Assembly (NCBI RefSeq): GCF_009914755.1
Contig: NC_060925.1
Direction: 5' to 3' (one strand)
Length of the DNA stretch: 64,000 bases
Source of the DNA: the human T2T-CHM13v2.0 reference genome, Homo sapiens
The notes beneath the pieces were generated by a model, which saw only the letters and a program-made list of their open reading frames with translations, ran no database searches and was not told the DNA's origin. Shown here in pieces: positions 1 to 15,689 of the stretch; within the stretch, counting starts at the first letter, position 1; each line of letters starts with the position of its first letter. The position numbers and the translations under genes were made by a program.

Positions 1-63
1 CGATTCTCCTGCCTCGGCTTCCCAAAGTGCAGGGATTACAGGCATGAGCCACTGTACCTAGCC
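1..63 (-). mobile_element. Alu 5' end (left arm), cut by window edge
   Basis: cttcccaaagtgcagggattacaggcatgagccactg is the reverse complement of the Alu left-arm start. Confidence 0.9.
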
Positions 64-640
64 ATATTCACTAAAATTACACATGTGCCTACCTTACGAC
101 CAGCAACTCCATGTCTAGGAACATAACTATGAGAAAAGAGTGTAGACATCTACCAAAAGTCTGTACAGGAATATTAATGGCAGCTTTATCATAGACAAAA
201 ACTGGATACGATCAAATGTTCATCAACAGTGGAACAGTTAAATTATGATACGATGAAATACATGGCAACAAAATAATCAAGTTATATACAACAATGTGGA
301 TGAATCTGAGACACAATGATGAGCATAAGAAGCAAGGCAAAGGAGTACATAATGTATAATTTTATTTATATATAATAAATTTTATTTATATGAATTAATT
401 TTTAAAAAGAGTAAAACTAATCTGTATGACAGAAGTGAAAATAAGTTACCTGAAGGTTCTTGGGGGAGTGGGGGAAGGAGCAACAAAAGACTGAAAAAGA
501 GTATGAGGGAACCTTCTGGGATCCTGAAAATCTGTGAGCTGAATTGAGTGGTGAATACAAATACATGAGAACTCACTGAACTTTTTACTATAGATATGAG
601 GACTTTATATAGGGAAAAAAAAACCTCCAAACACAAACCC
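64..640 (+). mobile_element. Old L1 (L1M-type) ORF2 end / 3'UTR fragment
   Basis: Degenerate L1 3' motifs: ccagcaactcc, gcagctttatcatag, aaatgttcatcaacag, tggatgaatct, aaaactaatctgtatg. Confidence 0.7.
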
Positions 641-676
641 TGAAAAGAATATATTTCTATCTGAATTCAGGAAGAG

Positions 677-1037
677 GCTGGACGTGGTAGCTCATACCTG
701 TAATTCTAACACTTTGGGAGACTCCCAAAGGATTGATAGCAATCCTTTGGGATTGCTTGAGGCCAGGAGTTCAAGACCAGCCTGGACAACATCTTGAGAC
801 TACCTCTACAAAAGCAAGACAAGACAAAACAAAACAAAAACTAACTGGGCGTGGTAATCCATGTCTGTAGTCCTAGCTACTTGGGAGGCTGAGGCAAGTG
901 GATCACTTGAGTCTAGGAGTTCAAGGCTATAGTGAACGAGCTATCATCCTGCCACTGCTCTCCAGCCTGGATGACTGAGTGAGAACCTTAGAATGAATGA
1001 ATGAATGAATGAATGGATGAATAAATAAATAAATAAT
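677..1037 (+). mobile_element. AluJ with internal fold-back insertion and (GAAT)n/(TAAA)n tail
   Basis: Dimeric Alu; flanking repeat aattcaggaag/atttcaggaag; tail microsatellite 991-1037. Confidence 0.9.
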
Positions 1038-1239
1038 TTCAGGAAGGTAAGAAGATTAACTTGTGTCTTGTAGTAGTAGTTACTGTAGCCATACATATAA
1101 CTTGACTTATTTGGAACTTAGCTATTTGGAAACCTTACTTAACCAGGTCATAGAAAATACCTGAATGCTAAGCCAAAGATAAAAACAAATACCTTTTGGG
1201 CAGTCAAGTATGTTTCACATAGTAGCTGCCATTGGCTGA

Positions 1240-1577
<338 letters not shown>

Positions 1578-1877
1578 CACCTGGACTATGCATTTTTATT
1601 TTGCATTTATCCCTAGTAAAGCTATCTGGTCTCCAAGCAGATAGCATATTAAATGGGACATATTAACTGTTTGCATCGTGAATTTATGGGTGTCTAACCT
1701 TTTCTGTAAGGGGAACTTTGCTGTTGCTGTAGTACAGATGTTTTCAAACTTCGTTTTAGCTGTGGAACTTTTTCTTCAAATGTTATCTCATGTGTAAGTT
1801 CAGTATTCCATGTGTAACAGTTAACTTGCATTAAATCATCCAACTGATATATAGCAGGCCAGTATTTGTATTCAAGT

Positions 1878-2265
1878 GTGGCAGAGATGGATTAGGTGCT
1901 CACCAAATCTGCTTTTTGTTTGTTTCTTTGTTTCTTGACTCTGGTCATGTAGCTAAGCTATATTTCTTAGCCTCTCTTTCATTAGCAGTGGCCATGTGTC
2001 TGAGATCTAACCAAGGGAACATGGGTGGAACTGATGTAAGCCACTTTGACACCACAAAACCTCCCATGGGTTCTCTCTCTTCTTCTCTGGTGTACTTGTT
2101 GGATGGAGAAGATGCTGAGAAATAGTGGGAAGTCCTAGGGGATGGAAGAACCCAGGATTCTGAATACTCCATTGGACCTTACGTGAGTGGAAAACAAGCT
2201 TCTGTTTTGTTCAACTAAATCTTTGCTAAGACTTGAGTGTTCATTATACCAGCTAGTATTACTTA
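1878..2265. mobile_element. MaLR LTR (MLT1I/J-like)
   Basis: tatttcttagcctctc...gtggccatgtgtctgagatct...gtggaactgatgtaagccactt resembles old MLT1. Confidence 0.6.
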
Positions 2266-3362
2266 TGAATACACTTTGTCTGTGTGACTATAAAAGTTAT
2301 ATTCATCATCTCAGTGTACCAGGCACTTTTCTAATAGGTAGCAGGATTAGAAAGTCTTAATAGGTCCTAAAGATAGTTTCTTCTCCCTAGCTCTACTCCT
2401 CTCCTCAGAAAAGGAGAAAAAGTATTATGAATGTTTATTTTGTTTAAATATGTCAGCTTTGACAATTTAGGGGTAATTTCATTTAATGCCTAAACAAGCT
2501 GAAGACACAAAGAATTATCACTGAATCAGTGATTAGGAATAATTAGACCAGAAGACCTTTGCAATATCCATCTAGCCTTACTTAAAGTTCAAATTATGAA
2601 TATATTACTTATATGAGAAAAAAGATCCAAGAAAATAAAGATTTGTCCTTTTACAAAATAATTTCAGCAAAGTAACTAAATCTATTCAGTGGAACATATT
2701 TTCTGTTCTCCCAACCAATAATAATAAATAGTAGCTTAGAAGAGAATTAAAATGCTCTTGAGACTTTTTGCTCTAATAATCATTTTAGAGGTTGACAATG
2801 AGAGGAAAAGATTGGGTTGATTTAGAAGTCCTTAGGAAAGACTGGATCTCAGATGTTACAGTTACAGAATTTTCTAGTCTTAATAACATCTCATCATCAA
2901 ACTCATTTTATGTTTTTTACTTCATGTCTTCAATTTGTGTTAAATATGAAGAGTTATAAATCAGATATGAAAATCCACTGTTTGTGAGATTTTAAAAAAG
3001 GCTCGATCTTGTCGTTGATTTACAGTGTTTTATAATGAGACTGATTTCATAAGCCAGAGAAGAAATTTGTGACATTTTATGTTCTATTCCACATGCCTGT
3101 GTTTACTTTCTAAGCTTTAAATTAATGATCCAAAAAGACATCTCTAGATATATGTATAACTGCAGCCGTAAAATTAGAGAATGCAATTATTTGGATTTAC
3201 TATTATTTTTGGTTTAAGGAAGACTATTTTATCTAGTTTAACCAACCAATTATCGTAAAAATAACATTCCTTACCTACCCAGCCATCCATTGACTCTTAT
3301 CTAATGTTTTTTTGGTTGCCGAATTCAGGATAGCTAATTTAAATAATTATATTGGTTATCAG

Positions 3363-3522
3363 TTTGTTTGTGTGTTTAAGACGGAGTTTCACTCTGTTGC
3401 TCAGGCTGAAGTGCAGTGGCACGATCTTGGCTCACTGCAGCCTCTGCCTCCTGGGTCCAAGTGATTCTCCTGCCTCAGCCTCCTGATTAGCTGGGATTAC
3501 AGGTGTGTGCCACTGTGCCTGG
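3363..3522 (-). mobile_element. 5'-truncated Alu (right arm only)
   Basis: Right-monomer sequence; TSD-like tggttatcagttt / tggttattagttt. Confidence 0.85.
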
Positions 3523-3677
3523 ATGGTTATTAGTTTTGAACCACTCTTTTGAAATCAGAAGTTGAAGAAGATAGTGTTCAAAGGTTGAAGCAAATGTGGA
3601 GGCTGTACTAATTATAAAAGTGTTCTGTGGGAACCATGAAGCAGCAAGTAAGAAGTTGCACCCTTAATTTTTTTTAA

Positions 3678-4231
<554 letters not shown>

Positions 4232-5124
4232 TACAGGCATACTGCAGATATTGTGTGTTCAGTTCCAGACCACTGCAATAAAGCAAATGTCTCAATAAAG
4301 TGAGTCACATGAATTTTTTTGTTTCTCAGTCCATATAAAAGTTGTGCATTATGTCTAAAAAATCACATACCTGAATTTAAAATTTTTTTATTGCTAAAAA
4401 CTGCTAATGATCATCTGAGCCTTCAGAGAGTTGTAATCTTTTTGTTGAAGAGTCTTGCCTCAATACTGATGACTGCTAGCTGCTCAGGGTGCTGGTTGCT
4501 GAACATGGGGATGGCTGTGGCAATTTCTTAAAAGAAGACGACAATGAAGTTGCCCCATTGATCAACTTTTCCTTTCATGAAAGATTTCTCTTTAGTATGC
4601 AGTACTGTTTGATAGCATTGTACCCACAGAATTTCTTTCCAAACTGGAGTCAATCCCTTCAAATTCTTCCACTGCTATATCAACTAAGTTTATGTAATAA
4701 ACTTCTATCTCAAGATGGAATAAACTTCCATCTCAAGAAGCCGCTTTCTTTGCTTATCCATAAGAAGCAACTCCTCACCCATTCAAGTTTTGAGATCACA
4801 GAAATTCAGTCACATCTTCAGGCTCCACTCCTAATTCCTATTCTCTTGCTATTTCTAACACATCTGCATTACATCCTTCACTGAAGTCTTAAACCTTTCA
4901 AAGTCATCAATGAAAGTTGGAATCAGCTTCTTCCAGATACCTGTTAATGTTGATATTATGGATGTCATGTTAGGAGGGATGAAAACAACATTAATCTACT
5001 TGTGTATCTCTATCAGAGCTCTTGGGGTAACTAAGTGCATTGTCAATGAGCAGTAATATTTTTAAAGGAATCTTTTTTTCTGAGCAATAGGTCTCAACAG
5101 TGGGGCTTAATATAGTCAGTATGC

Positions 5125-5416
5125 GGCCAGGTGCAGTGGCTCATGCCTGTAATCCCAGCACTTTGGAAGGCCGAGGCGGGCGGATTACCTGAGGTCAGGA
5201 GTTCAAGACCAGCCTGGCCAACATGGTGAAACCCCTTCTCTACTAAAAATACAAAAATTAGCCAGGCATGATGGCATACTCCTGTAATCCCAGCTACTCG
5301 AGAGGCTGAGGCAGGAGAATTGCATGAATCCTGGAGGAGGAGGTTGCAATGAGCCAAGATGCGCCATTACACTCCAGCCTGGGCGACAAGAGCGAGACTC
5401 CGTCTCAAAAAAAAAA
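5125..5416 (+). mobile_element. AluSx-like inside Tigger1
   Basis: Full Alu; TSD tcagtatgc / tcagtttgc. Confidence 0.93.
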
Positions 5417-6085
5417 TTCAGTTTGCCATGCTTAAAACAGATGTGCTGTCATCCAGGCTTTGTTATTTTAATGATAGAGTGCAGTCAGAGTAGATTTAGC
5501 ATAATTCATACGGGCCCTAGGATTTTTTGGAATAGAAAATGAGCATTGGCTTCAACTTAAAGTCACCAGCTGTATTAGCCCCTAACAACAGAGTCAGCCT
5601 ATCCTTTGAAGCTTTTAAGCCAGACACTGACTTCTCTAGCTATGAAAAGTCCTAGATGGCATTTTGTTCCAATAGCAGACTGTTTCATCTATGTTGAAAA
5701 TCTGTTGTTTAGTGTACAGTGTTCATCAGTGTTCTTAGTGTTCATCAATGGTCTTAGCTAGATCTTCTGGATAACTTGGTACAGCTTCTGCATTAGCACT
5801 TGCTGCTTTACCTTGTACTTTTATGTTCTGGAGATGGGTTATTTCTTTAAACCTTATAAACCAACTTCTGCTAGCTTCAAACTTTTCTTCTGTAGCTTCT
5901 TTACTTCTCTCAACCTACATAGAATTGAAGAGAGTTAGGGCCTTGCTCTGGATTAGGCTTTGGTTTAAGGAAATATAGCTGGTTTGATCATTTATTCAGA
6001 CCACTCAAGCTTTATTGTTTTGCTTTCTTATATTTCATGTGATGCCTGGAGAGTAGCACTTTTAATTTCCTTCAAGAACTTTTCA

Positions 6086-6388
6086 GGCCAGGTGTGGTGG
6101 CTCACACCTGTAATCCCAGCACTTTGGGAGGCTGAGGCTGGTGGATCGCTTGAGCTCTGGGTTTGAGACCAGCCTGGGCAACAAACCCTATTTCTACAAA
6201 AAGTAGAAAAATTAGCCAGGCTTGGTGGTGCACGCACATAGTCCCCTCTACTCAGGAGGCTGCGGTGGGAGCATCGTTGGTCAAGGCTGCAGTGAGCTGT
6301 GATCGCGCCATAGCACTCTAGCCTAAGTGACAGAGTGAGACTCTGCCTCAGGAAAAAAAAAAAAAAAGAAAGAAAGAAAGAAAGAAAA
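6086..6388 (+). mobile_element. AluJ inside Tigger1, (GAAA)n tail
   Basis: Diverged dimeric Alu; A-tail grading into (GAAA)n. Confidence 0.9.
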
Positions 6389-6549
6389 ATAATTTTTCCA
6401 TTTAATTCACAACCTGGCTGTTTGGTGTAAGAGGCCTATCTTAGCTTTTGTTTTGCCTTCCTCACTAAGCTTAATCATTTCTAGCTTTTGATTTAAAGTG
6501 AGATATGTGACTCTTCCTTTCACCTGAACACTTAAATGCCATTGTAGGG

Positions 6550-6974
6550 TGATATGGTTTGGATGTTTCATCCCCTCCAAATCTTGTGTTAAAATGTGAC
6601 CTCCAATGTTGGAGGTGAGGCCTAGTGGGAGGTGTCTGACTAATAGGGGCGGGTGGATCCCTCGTGAATGGCTGGTACCCTCCTCTCAGTAATGAGTGAG
6701 TTCTTGCTCTGAGTTCACACGAGATATTGTTGTTTAAAAGAGTGTGGTATGTCCTCTCCTCTCTTTAACTCTCTCTCTCTCACCATGTGATATGCCTGCT
6801 CCCCCTTTGCCTTCCACCATGATTGTAAGCTTCCTGAGGCTGTCACCAGAAGCAAAACAGATGCTGTGCCATGCCTGTATAGGCTGCAGATCCTTGAGCT
6901 GAACAGACCTCTTTTTTAAATAAATTACTCAACCTGAGGTATTCCTTTATAGAGACACAAAGTAGACTAACATA
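6550..6974 (+). mobile_element. MST (MSTA/MSTB) MaLR solo LTR inside Tigger1
   Basis: tgatatggtttggatgt start; ccatgattgtaagcttcctgaggc; agactaaca end; flanks taggg / tagga. Confidence 0.88.
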
Positions 6975-7375
6975 TAGGATGACTAATTGTCCTAATTTCC
7001 ACATCATCATGTCTCAGCAAATAGGGAGGCCCAAGGGGAAGAAAAGAGGCAAGGAATGGCCAGTTGATGGAGCAGTCAGAACACATAAGGGTTTATTGGT
7101 TATGTTTGCTATCTTACGTAGGTTTGTGGTGCCCCCAAACAATTACAGTAGTAACATCAAAGATTATTTATCATAGATTACCATAATAGATACAATAGTA
7201 ATGAAAAATTTGAAGTAATGTGAGAATTACTACGGGTGATACAGAGATACAAAGCGAGCACATGCTGCTGGAAGAATGGTGCCAACAGACCTGATTGACA
7301 CAGGGTTGCCACAAACCTTAATTTTATAAAAAATGCAATATCTGCAAAGTGCTAAAAAAATGAGATATGCCTGTA

Positions 7376-9250
7376 GTTGGAATCATACAGTATGTAGCCT
7401 TTTCAGATTGGCTTCTTTAACTTAGTAATATGTATTTAAGGTTCTTCCATGTCTTTTCATAGCTTGATGGCTCATTTCTTTTTAGCACTGAATAATATTC
7501 AGTTGTCTGGATGTACCAAGGTTTATTTAGCCATTTGTCTACTGAAAGACATGTTGGTTGCTTCCAAGTTTTGGCAATTATGAATAAAGTTGCTATAAAC
7601 ATTCATGTGGAGGTTTTTGTGTGGACATAAGCTTTCAGCTCATTTGGGTAAACACCAAAGAGTACGATTGCTGAATTGTACGTTAAGAGTATGTTTAGTT
7701 TTTAAAGAAACTGCCAAATCGTCTTTTAAAGTAGCTGTACCATTTTTGTGTTCCCACCAGCAGTGCATGAGAGTTCCTGTTGCTTCACACCCTTGCCAGC
7801 ATTTGGTGGTTTTAGTGTTTAGGATTGTTGCCATTTTAATAGGTTTGTAATGATATGTCGTTGTTTGAACTTGTGATTGATTCCCTAGTGAAATACTTTG
7901 TGGAGCATCTTTTCATATGCTTATTTACCATTTGTATGTCTTGTTTGGTTAGGAGGCTGTTGAGATTTTTGCCCATTTTTAATTGATTTCATTGATTTCT
8001 CCTCTAATTTTGTTTATTCTACTTACGTTGTATTTAATTTGCTTTTGTTTTTCTAGTATCCTAAGGTAGAAGCTTCAGTTATTGATTTTAGACCTTCTTT
8101 TTTTAAGATATGCATTTCAATGTTATAGACTTCCCTATAAGTACAGTTTTCACTGCATCCCACAAATTCTGATAAGTTATATCATCATTTTTACTTAGTT
8201 TGCAATATATTTAAATTTCTCTTGAGATTTCTTTGATAACATGTACTTGAAAGTGTGTTGCTTTATCTTTATGTGTTTGAGGATTTATCAGCTGTCTTTG
8301 TGTTATTGATTTCTAGTTTAATTCTGGTGTAGTCTGAGAGCAGACATGGTATGATTTCTATTTTAAATTTGTTAAGGTGTGTTTTATGACCTAGAATGTG
8401 GCCTATCTTGATGAATGTTCCATGTGAGCTTGAGAAGAATGTGTGTTCTGCTGTTGTTGAATGAAGTAGTCTGTAGATGTCAGGTATATTCAGTGAATTG
8501 CCGGTGCTGTTGAGATCAACTATATTCTCACCGATTTTCTGCCCACTGGATCTGTCCATTTCTGATAAGAGGGCTGTTAAAATTTCCAACTGTAATACTG
8601 GATTCATGTATTTCTCGTTGGCATCTCTTAATTTTTGCTTCCTATCTCTTAATGCTCTGTTGTTAAGTGCATACACATTAAGGATTGTTAAATTTTCTTG
8701 GAGAATTGACTCCTTTATCCTTTCTTTACCCCTGATAATTTTTATTTCTCTAGTCTGCTGTGCTGAAGTTAATATAGTGATTCCAGCTTTTGATTTGTGT
8801 TAGCACAGTATAGCTTTCTCCATTTACTTTTAATCTATGTGTGTCTTTATATTTAAAATGTATTTCTTGTAGATAACGTATAGTTAGGTTTTGTTTTGTG
8901 ATTTATTCTAACAGTCTCTATTTTTAAATTGGATTTAGATTATCGATGTGTAAAAGTGATTATTGATATATTTGGATTATTAATATCTACCATATTACTT
9001 CCTATTTGTATTCATTGCCTTTGTTCTTTTTTCCTTATATGTCTTCCACCCATTTTCTACATTTTCTGGTTTAATTGAGCATTTTGTTTCACTCCATTTT
9101 CTTTTGTTTCTTAGCATGTCAGTTATCTTTTTTTAACTTTTTAAATTGTTTGCTTTTGAGTTTGCAATATACATTTACGATTAATTCAAGTCTAGTTTCA
9201 AATAACACTGTATCATTTTACAGATACTGCATGTATCTTATAATAAGAAA
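7376..9250 (-). mobile_element. Old L1 continuation: ORF2 C-terminus/3'UTR, then endonuclease-region fragment
   Basis: ORF 7417-7602 (MFIATLFIIAKTWKQP) and ORF 8269-8676 (DIYRLLH..TFFSSSHGTF.KIGHILGHK) are L1 ORF2 relics. Confidence 0.85.
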
Positions 9251-9849
9251 ATATTCCTAATCTCTCTCTGGAATCCTCAATTTTTGATGCTTAAAGTTCT
9301 ATCTTAGAACCGATTGCCTGATTATTTATCAGATGTCCAATGTTGATATTTGTTTCAGGTTATGAGAATATTTATTTTCTAAGTATATATTCATTAAAGA
9401 ACATATAAAGCTTGTTAAGAGCTTGTGGATATCTCTTTATGCTTTAAAAATTTCCCTAAATTGTGATGCTAATGTTAAAAATAATAATTATAAAAAACTT
9501 GAACAGGCCAGATAATAGTTTGTACATCTACTAAATTGGCATTTCTGGGAAGAAAATTGCTTTAACAATTTTAGTAGTATTTCTTGCCTTCTCCTTATCC
9601 TCCTGTTTCACATTATTCTTTTTTCCTTTTTTAATATTCTGTCCATATCCTTTAAGAAACAAAAAATTACTTGGTATAGAGAAAATGACTCCCTGTAGTG
9701 CATTTAACTGCTTCCTCACCCATGATCTGTATTTTGATGTAATCTTCATGGTATCAGAGATAATGTTAAACTCAAATAGGTGCTTACTGACTTTCTCATT
9801 ACTAGTCTGAAGTTAGGTAGTTTTATTTTAGATCTCTCTCTTTTTATTA

Positions 9850-10930
9850 ATTAATTCAACAAATATTTATTGTGTGCTTACAATTTGCTAAGCACTTGAG
9901 ACACTATGGAGAATCAAAACAAACATGGATGTTATAGCCTAGTGGGTAAAACAGGCATTGATTGATAATTTCACGAGGAAATATACAATTACAACGCCAC
10001 AGCTGTGATGGAGAGATGCATTGGGCTGTAAAGGCCTGTAATAGGGAGATTTGACCTGGTCAGAGGGGTCAGGAAAGACTTCCCTGAGGAAGTGACACTT
10101 GAACTGAAATCTGAAGCATGATAATGATGGAAGGAAGATCGTATACCATCCAGTTGCAGAGAACAGGATGAGCAAGAGCCCTGTGGTGGGAAGGAGAGTG
10201 ACAGGTGTGAAGAACTGAAAGAATTCAAGTATGTCTTTATGAGGGAGCCTTACAAGGGTAGAGTGGGTATGAGTAGGCTCATACCAAAATCAAGAATTTT
10301 GTCTTGATTGTAAGTGGGAAACCATTGAATAGTTCCAGACAAGATGAGGTAAATTTGTATTTTGAAAAGATTATTCTGACTACAGTAGGAAAAATGTTTT
10401 TTGGTGGTCATAGTAGATGTAGGTTGATAAATTTAGGAGGCTCTTGTAATCCAGGTGAGAGATGATGGTAGATTCATTTAGGGGAGAATGGTGAGAAGTA
10501 GATAGGTTGGATAATACTCAGGAGGGGAAATGAGTAAGATTCATTAGATATTGGATATTGAATGGTGAGAGATGGTGATAACTAAGGTTTGGGGCTTGTA
10601 TAGCTGGATGAATGTGGTCCCATTTATTAGGATAAGGAACACTAGAATAAGACCAGATTTTAAAAGAAAGATCATAGTGTAGGTTTTATACGTTTTGAAC
10701 TTGAGATAGCTATTAAGTGTTAAATTGAATATATGAGTATGTTGCTCAAAGAAGACAAAGTATGAACTGGAGATATAAGTAGATGTGTTAATTGTGAATG
10801 ATGATATGCATGGTGAGAATATGGACAGAGGATGTCAAGGATCCAGCTTTCAAAGTCTCCCAACACTTAGAGACTAGATAGAAAATATTGAACCTCTGAT
10901 TGAACCAGTCAGAAGTGTGATCAGAGGTTA
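9850..10930 (-). mobile_element. L2 (L2a-like) LINE fragment
   Basis: attcaacaaatatttattg L2 3' terminus; ggtcaggaaagacttccctgaggaagtgacacttgaactga. Confidence 0.8.
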
Positions 10931-12809
10931 GGGGAAAACTAGAATTTTTTTTTTTTTTTTAATATTTAAAGGTGTTCATTATGGTTTTAGGAGTTTTTGT
11001 TTTTGTTTAAAAATGATTTCTTATTTAAATAAATCTTTTATTCCAACACTTAAAAAATCTTTATTTGGCCCTTCTAGACGTATCTTTGTCTCTTAAATGA
11101 GAAGCGGTTGTGTACATGTCAGGTGTGCCTTTCACTTCTGATACTTAGAAGAAAGGTAGTTTTCACTGCAGGAAGTGTTTCATTGGGAAGCATATGTGCT
11201 CCAGTGATAGGAAATGGGAAGAGGATGTTTTGTTATTAATTATTTAGCTTTGTATAAACAAGGACTTTGTACTTTTGAAAGATGTCATCTTCTGGTTAAT
11301 ATAAATGAGTTCTATTTTTAAAGATTTTTATGAGTTGATCTAAGAGCTATGTAGTCACTTGTTCTAGTAACAGAATTCTAGAACTCTCTTTGTTAACTGT
11401 AGCATCTATCATGTATTCTAATACAAAAGAGCAAGTGGGATACATATAATAAAATAGAATATTCGTATAGAAAAGTTGTGTCATAAAATAGGAAGTGACA
11501 ACAGACTATGTCTAAGCTGAGAAAGCTCATGTTTTCCCTTTTCATCTCTACTTGTTTCCCTAATAAACACATTTTAATGAGAAACTGATATCCTATTTTA
11601 AACTTTTTAAAAGACTTTTAGCATTTACACTAATCCTAGAATATCTAAGAGTTAGTGCCACAACTATGCTCTTTAAGCCTGAATTTCTCAATTATGTTCT
11701 GTGGATCATAGTTTAGAAAATGCTAATTTAAGCAGGTCATGGAATCCTGAACTGGAAATTAGGATATACTTGTGTTTTTTTATTTTTGCTGTTAACTTCT
11801 AAGGGACAGGTCCCTTTTGTCTGGCTTTGTTGGATTATTTATAATATGAGAGACTTAGTGAAGTTGGTCTGTGATGACTTGTCTAGTTCTCTGTTCTATA
11901 ATTATGATTCTGTAGATTAGTGTTAAGGCTTTTATTTTTGCTGTGGATTTTAAATATATATATTTTTACTTAACTTTTCTGCTTTCAAAAGGAATGAAAA
12001 CACATACTTATAAAATTTGATATATGATAGAAATTAATAATATAAAAAATGAAATTCTACCCTGAAAGAAAATAACAACACATTTTTTCTTGATGCATAT
12101 GATTCTACTGTGTACATACTGATATATTAATCATTATTTTAAATAAAAGTAGGATCATGGTCTACTTTTTATGGTATATTTTACCTTTCTATCTTGTCTC
12201 TTGGATTCCTTTCCATATACATTTATCTCTTACATTTTTTTCTTGTCACTGTTATGAATGTAGTATATAGCCATGGTTAAAACTTAAAACCAGAGGTCTA
12301 AGGTGATTTCTTAGCTATACTCCTCACAAGTAATCACTGTTATAAAAGCATGTGTGTCTTTGTAGCATGTATAAATATATGTGTGTTTCTTTTTGTATGT
12401 ATATATATGTACTATGATTTATTTAGTCACTTTTCTATTGATGGTCATTAGCATTTGCCTCCTTTCCTTTCATACTGTACATACATATATATATATATAT
12501 ATCCTGTATATATGTATATGCTAACTCATAAGAATGTAAGTGCAAAAGATTGTTGAATTTTTTATTGTGCTTTCTTTATGTGCTATAGATAATCTTTGTC
12601 TTCAAGGAGGTTTGGCTAGGATTACTGTATCTTTGATTCTTAGCACACTATCATGAGCACTGCGTAGGTCTCTACAATCTCACAGAACATTTCAGGCAAA
12701 TGTTCTCATTTTGCCCCGAAATCTTGATACAGTTTTCTCTTTTGGTGAACTTGACTGAATTACAGAGGAACCTTGAGAACTTAGTTCTTTTAGTTTAAGA
12801 TCTATCTAC

Positions 12810-12975
12810 AGCTTGTTATTCACAATTCGGTCCGTGGACCAGTAGCATAGTTATCATCTAGGAGCTTAGAAATGTGGAATCTCAGGCGGAGTAGTAAATT
12901 GAAATCTGCATCTTAATATGATCTCCTAGTATAGTAATTCATTCACACATTATAATGTGAGAAGCACTGGTCTGG
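12810..12975. mobile_element. MER5A-like hAT-Charlie MITE
   Basis: ggtccgtggaccagtagcat...agaaatgtggaatctcagg...gaaatctgcat...tgagaagcactgg. Confidence 0.75.
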
Positions 12976-13234
12976 AAGCAGATTTGTTGCATTGTTTTTT
13001 GGGGGGGCATGTTTCTTTGTGCCCACATCATGAGTTTGGTCCTTTGCTTCTTGTTGTTCTGATTAAGAGAAGAGGAAGAAAAGAAAAACATACAAATGTT
13101 TGAACTAAAGAGCTGAATTTACTAAGGATAAAAGCCATTTTCCCTGTTTTTATTGTGCCTTGCAATGGTAGAGTCTTTTGTTGATTTTTACCTGGTTTTT
13201 ACCACACCAGCTATGTGGAAGAGAAGAGAAAAAA

Positions 13235-14157
<923 letters not shown>

Positions 14158-15019
14158 ACATTGCCTCCATCCTTTACACTTTATACTTTGTAAAAATCCC
14201 CTTACTACACACTTCCCTAACACCTTACATTTTCCCCTTCCTTATGTAAGCCTTTCCTGATAATGGGAAGTTCCAGGAAGACAGGGACAGTGTCTGGTTG
14301 TTTTTTGTTGTTGTTGTTGTTGTTCCTCTAGTCCTAATATAGTGCCTGATAGGTAGGTGCTGAATAACTATTTGAAATATGATTCTGTGAATTTAAGTAA
14401 TTGCATATTTATTCAGAGAATTTAAATGTCATTTTGACATAGCAACCAGAATGATTCTTAAAGCTGTGCTTTAAATGTTATAAATTGTTGTTTAAAAAAT
14501 GTAAAAGTAAGTAGTTGCTGTTGGAAGTGGCAGAAATGTTCTTGTTCTGACATTTCAATGAGCAGCCAACTTTTATAGTAGAAAGAATTCTTAATGAATG
14601 TAGTAATCCAGTGGTTCTAGTATCATTGTTTCTAAGAGATTATACATCCTGTGAATATTTTCTTTAAAATTCCTAAATTCATTATATATATTTGAGAAAA
14701 TTCAGAAAATGAAGTGTCAAGTTATTGTTTTAAAGTTAGATTAAGGATAAAGCTTAGAGAAATAACTAACGTGAGTGATATTAGGCTTTCGTTAATAATA
14801 GAACATAATTTTGAGCACTTGTCAAATTAAATTTTAGCTAGCCGTGACAGATCTGAGTCTTCACCTTTATTTCTTTGATTCTTGCTTGTGTAGTGTGTCT
14901 TCCTCAGTCCATGGTTCTTTCTGCCTTCTAATTGTATTTGATTTTGTTTCTGTTATTTAATATTTTCCATCTCCATATTTCTGAATTAAATAGGGAAGCT
15001 TATGGTAAAAAAAATTGTG

Positions 15020-15312
15020 GGCCAGGTGCGGTGGCTTATGCCTGTAATCCCAGCACTTTAGGACGCCGAGGCAGGTGGTTCACGAGTTCAGGAGTTCAAG
15101 ACTAGCCTGGCCAAGATGGTGAAACCCCGTCTCTACTTAAAATACAAAAAAAATTAGCCGGGTGTGGTGGCGGGTGCCTGTAACCCCAGCTACTTGGGAG
15201 GCTGGGGCAGAGAATTGCTTGAACTGGGGAGGCGGAGGTTGCAATGAGCCAAGCGTGCCACTGCACTCCTGGGTAACAGAGCGAGACTCCGTCCCGGGGA
15301 AAAGAAAAAAAG
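15020..15312 (+). mobile_element. AluS (Sg/Sx-like)
   Basis: Full Alu with A-rich tail. Confidence 0.92.
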
Positions 15313-15689
15313 AATTTTGGTAGTTTTTCGAAACAATTGTGTTGATGGTTTACAAAATACCGTAATCCTTGTTACCTTTAACCTTACCTCTTGGTATAAG
15401 ACTCATTTAACAAGGAGTCTCTGAATTTTACCATGTGGATTTCAGGACTCAAATTCTATTCCCAGTTTGCAACTTTTCTCAAAATTATAGCTCTAATTTA
15501 ATTTTCCACTAAGATATCTTAATAGGGTGATCTTGATTAACTTCTCTCCCTCATAAAATCTATGAAGCAAGATATTTTGTTATACTACTCAAAAGATACT
15601 CTCAAAGAGGGAACATTACAGTATTAATTATAAAAATCTATATTATAGACTCAAAGGAAGAGGTTGTAAAATTTAAAAATATTTACTTG

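Larger units (their letters stand above)
4234..7373 (-). mobile_element. Near full-length Tigger1 (TcMar-Tigger) DNA transposon, decayed, carrying 2 Alus and an MST LTR
   Basis: TA-caggcatac at the left end and atatgcctg-TA at the right end (TIRs with TA TSD); about 2.1 kb of Tigger body once inserts are removed; no intact transposase ORF. Confidence 0.88.

Noticed and set aside
4319-4884. ORFs of 70 and 131 aa as genes
   Set aside because: They lie on the antisense strand of the decayed Tigger1 transposase region.
11060-11160. Possible small exon (cttctag...cag|gtgtgc)
   Set aside because: Weak splice signals and no independent support.
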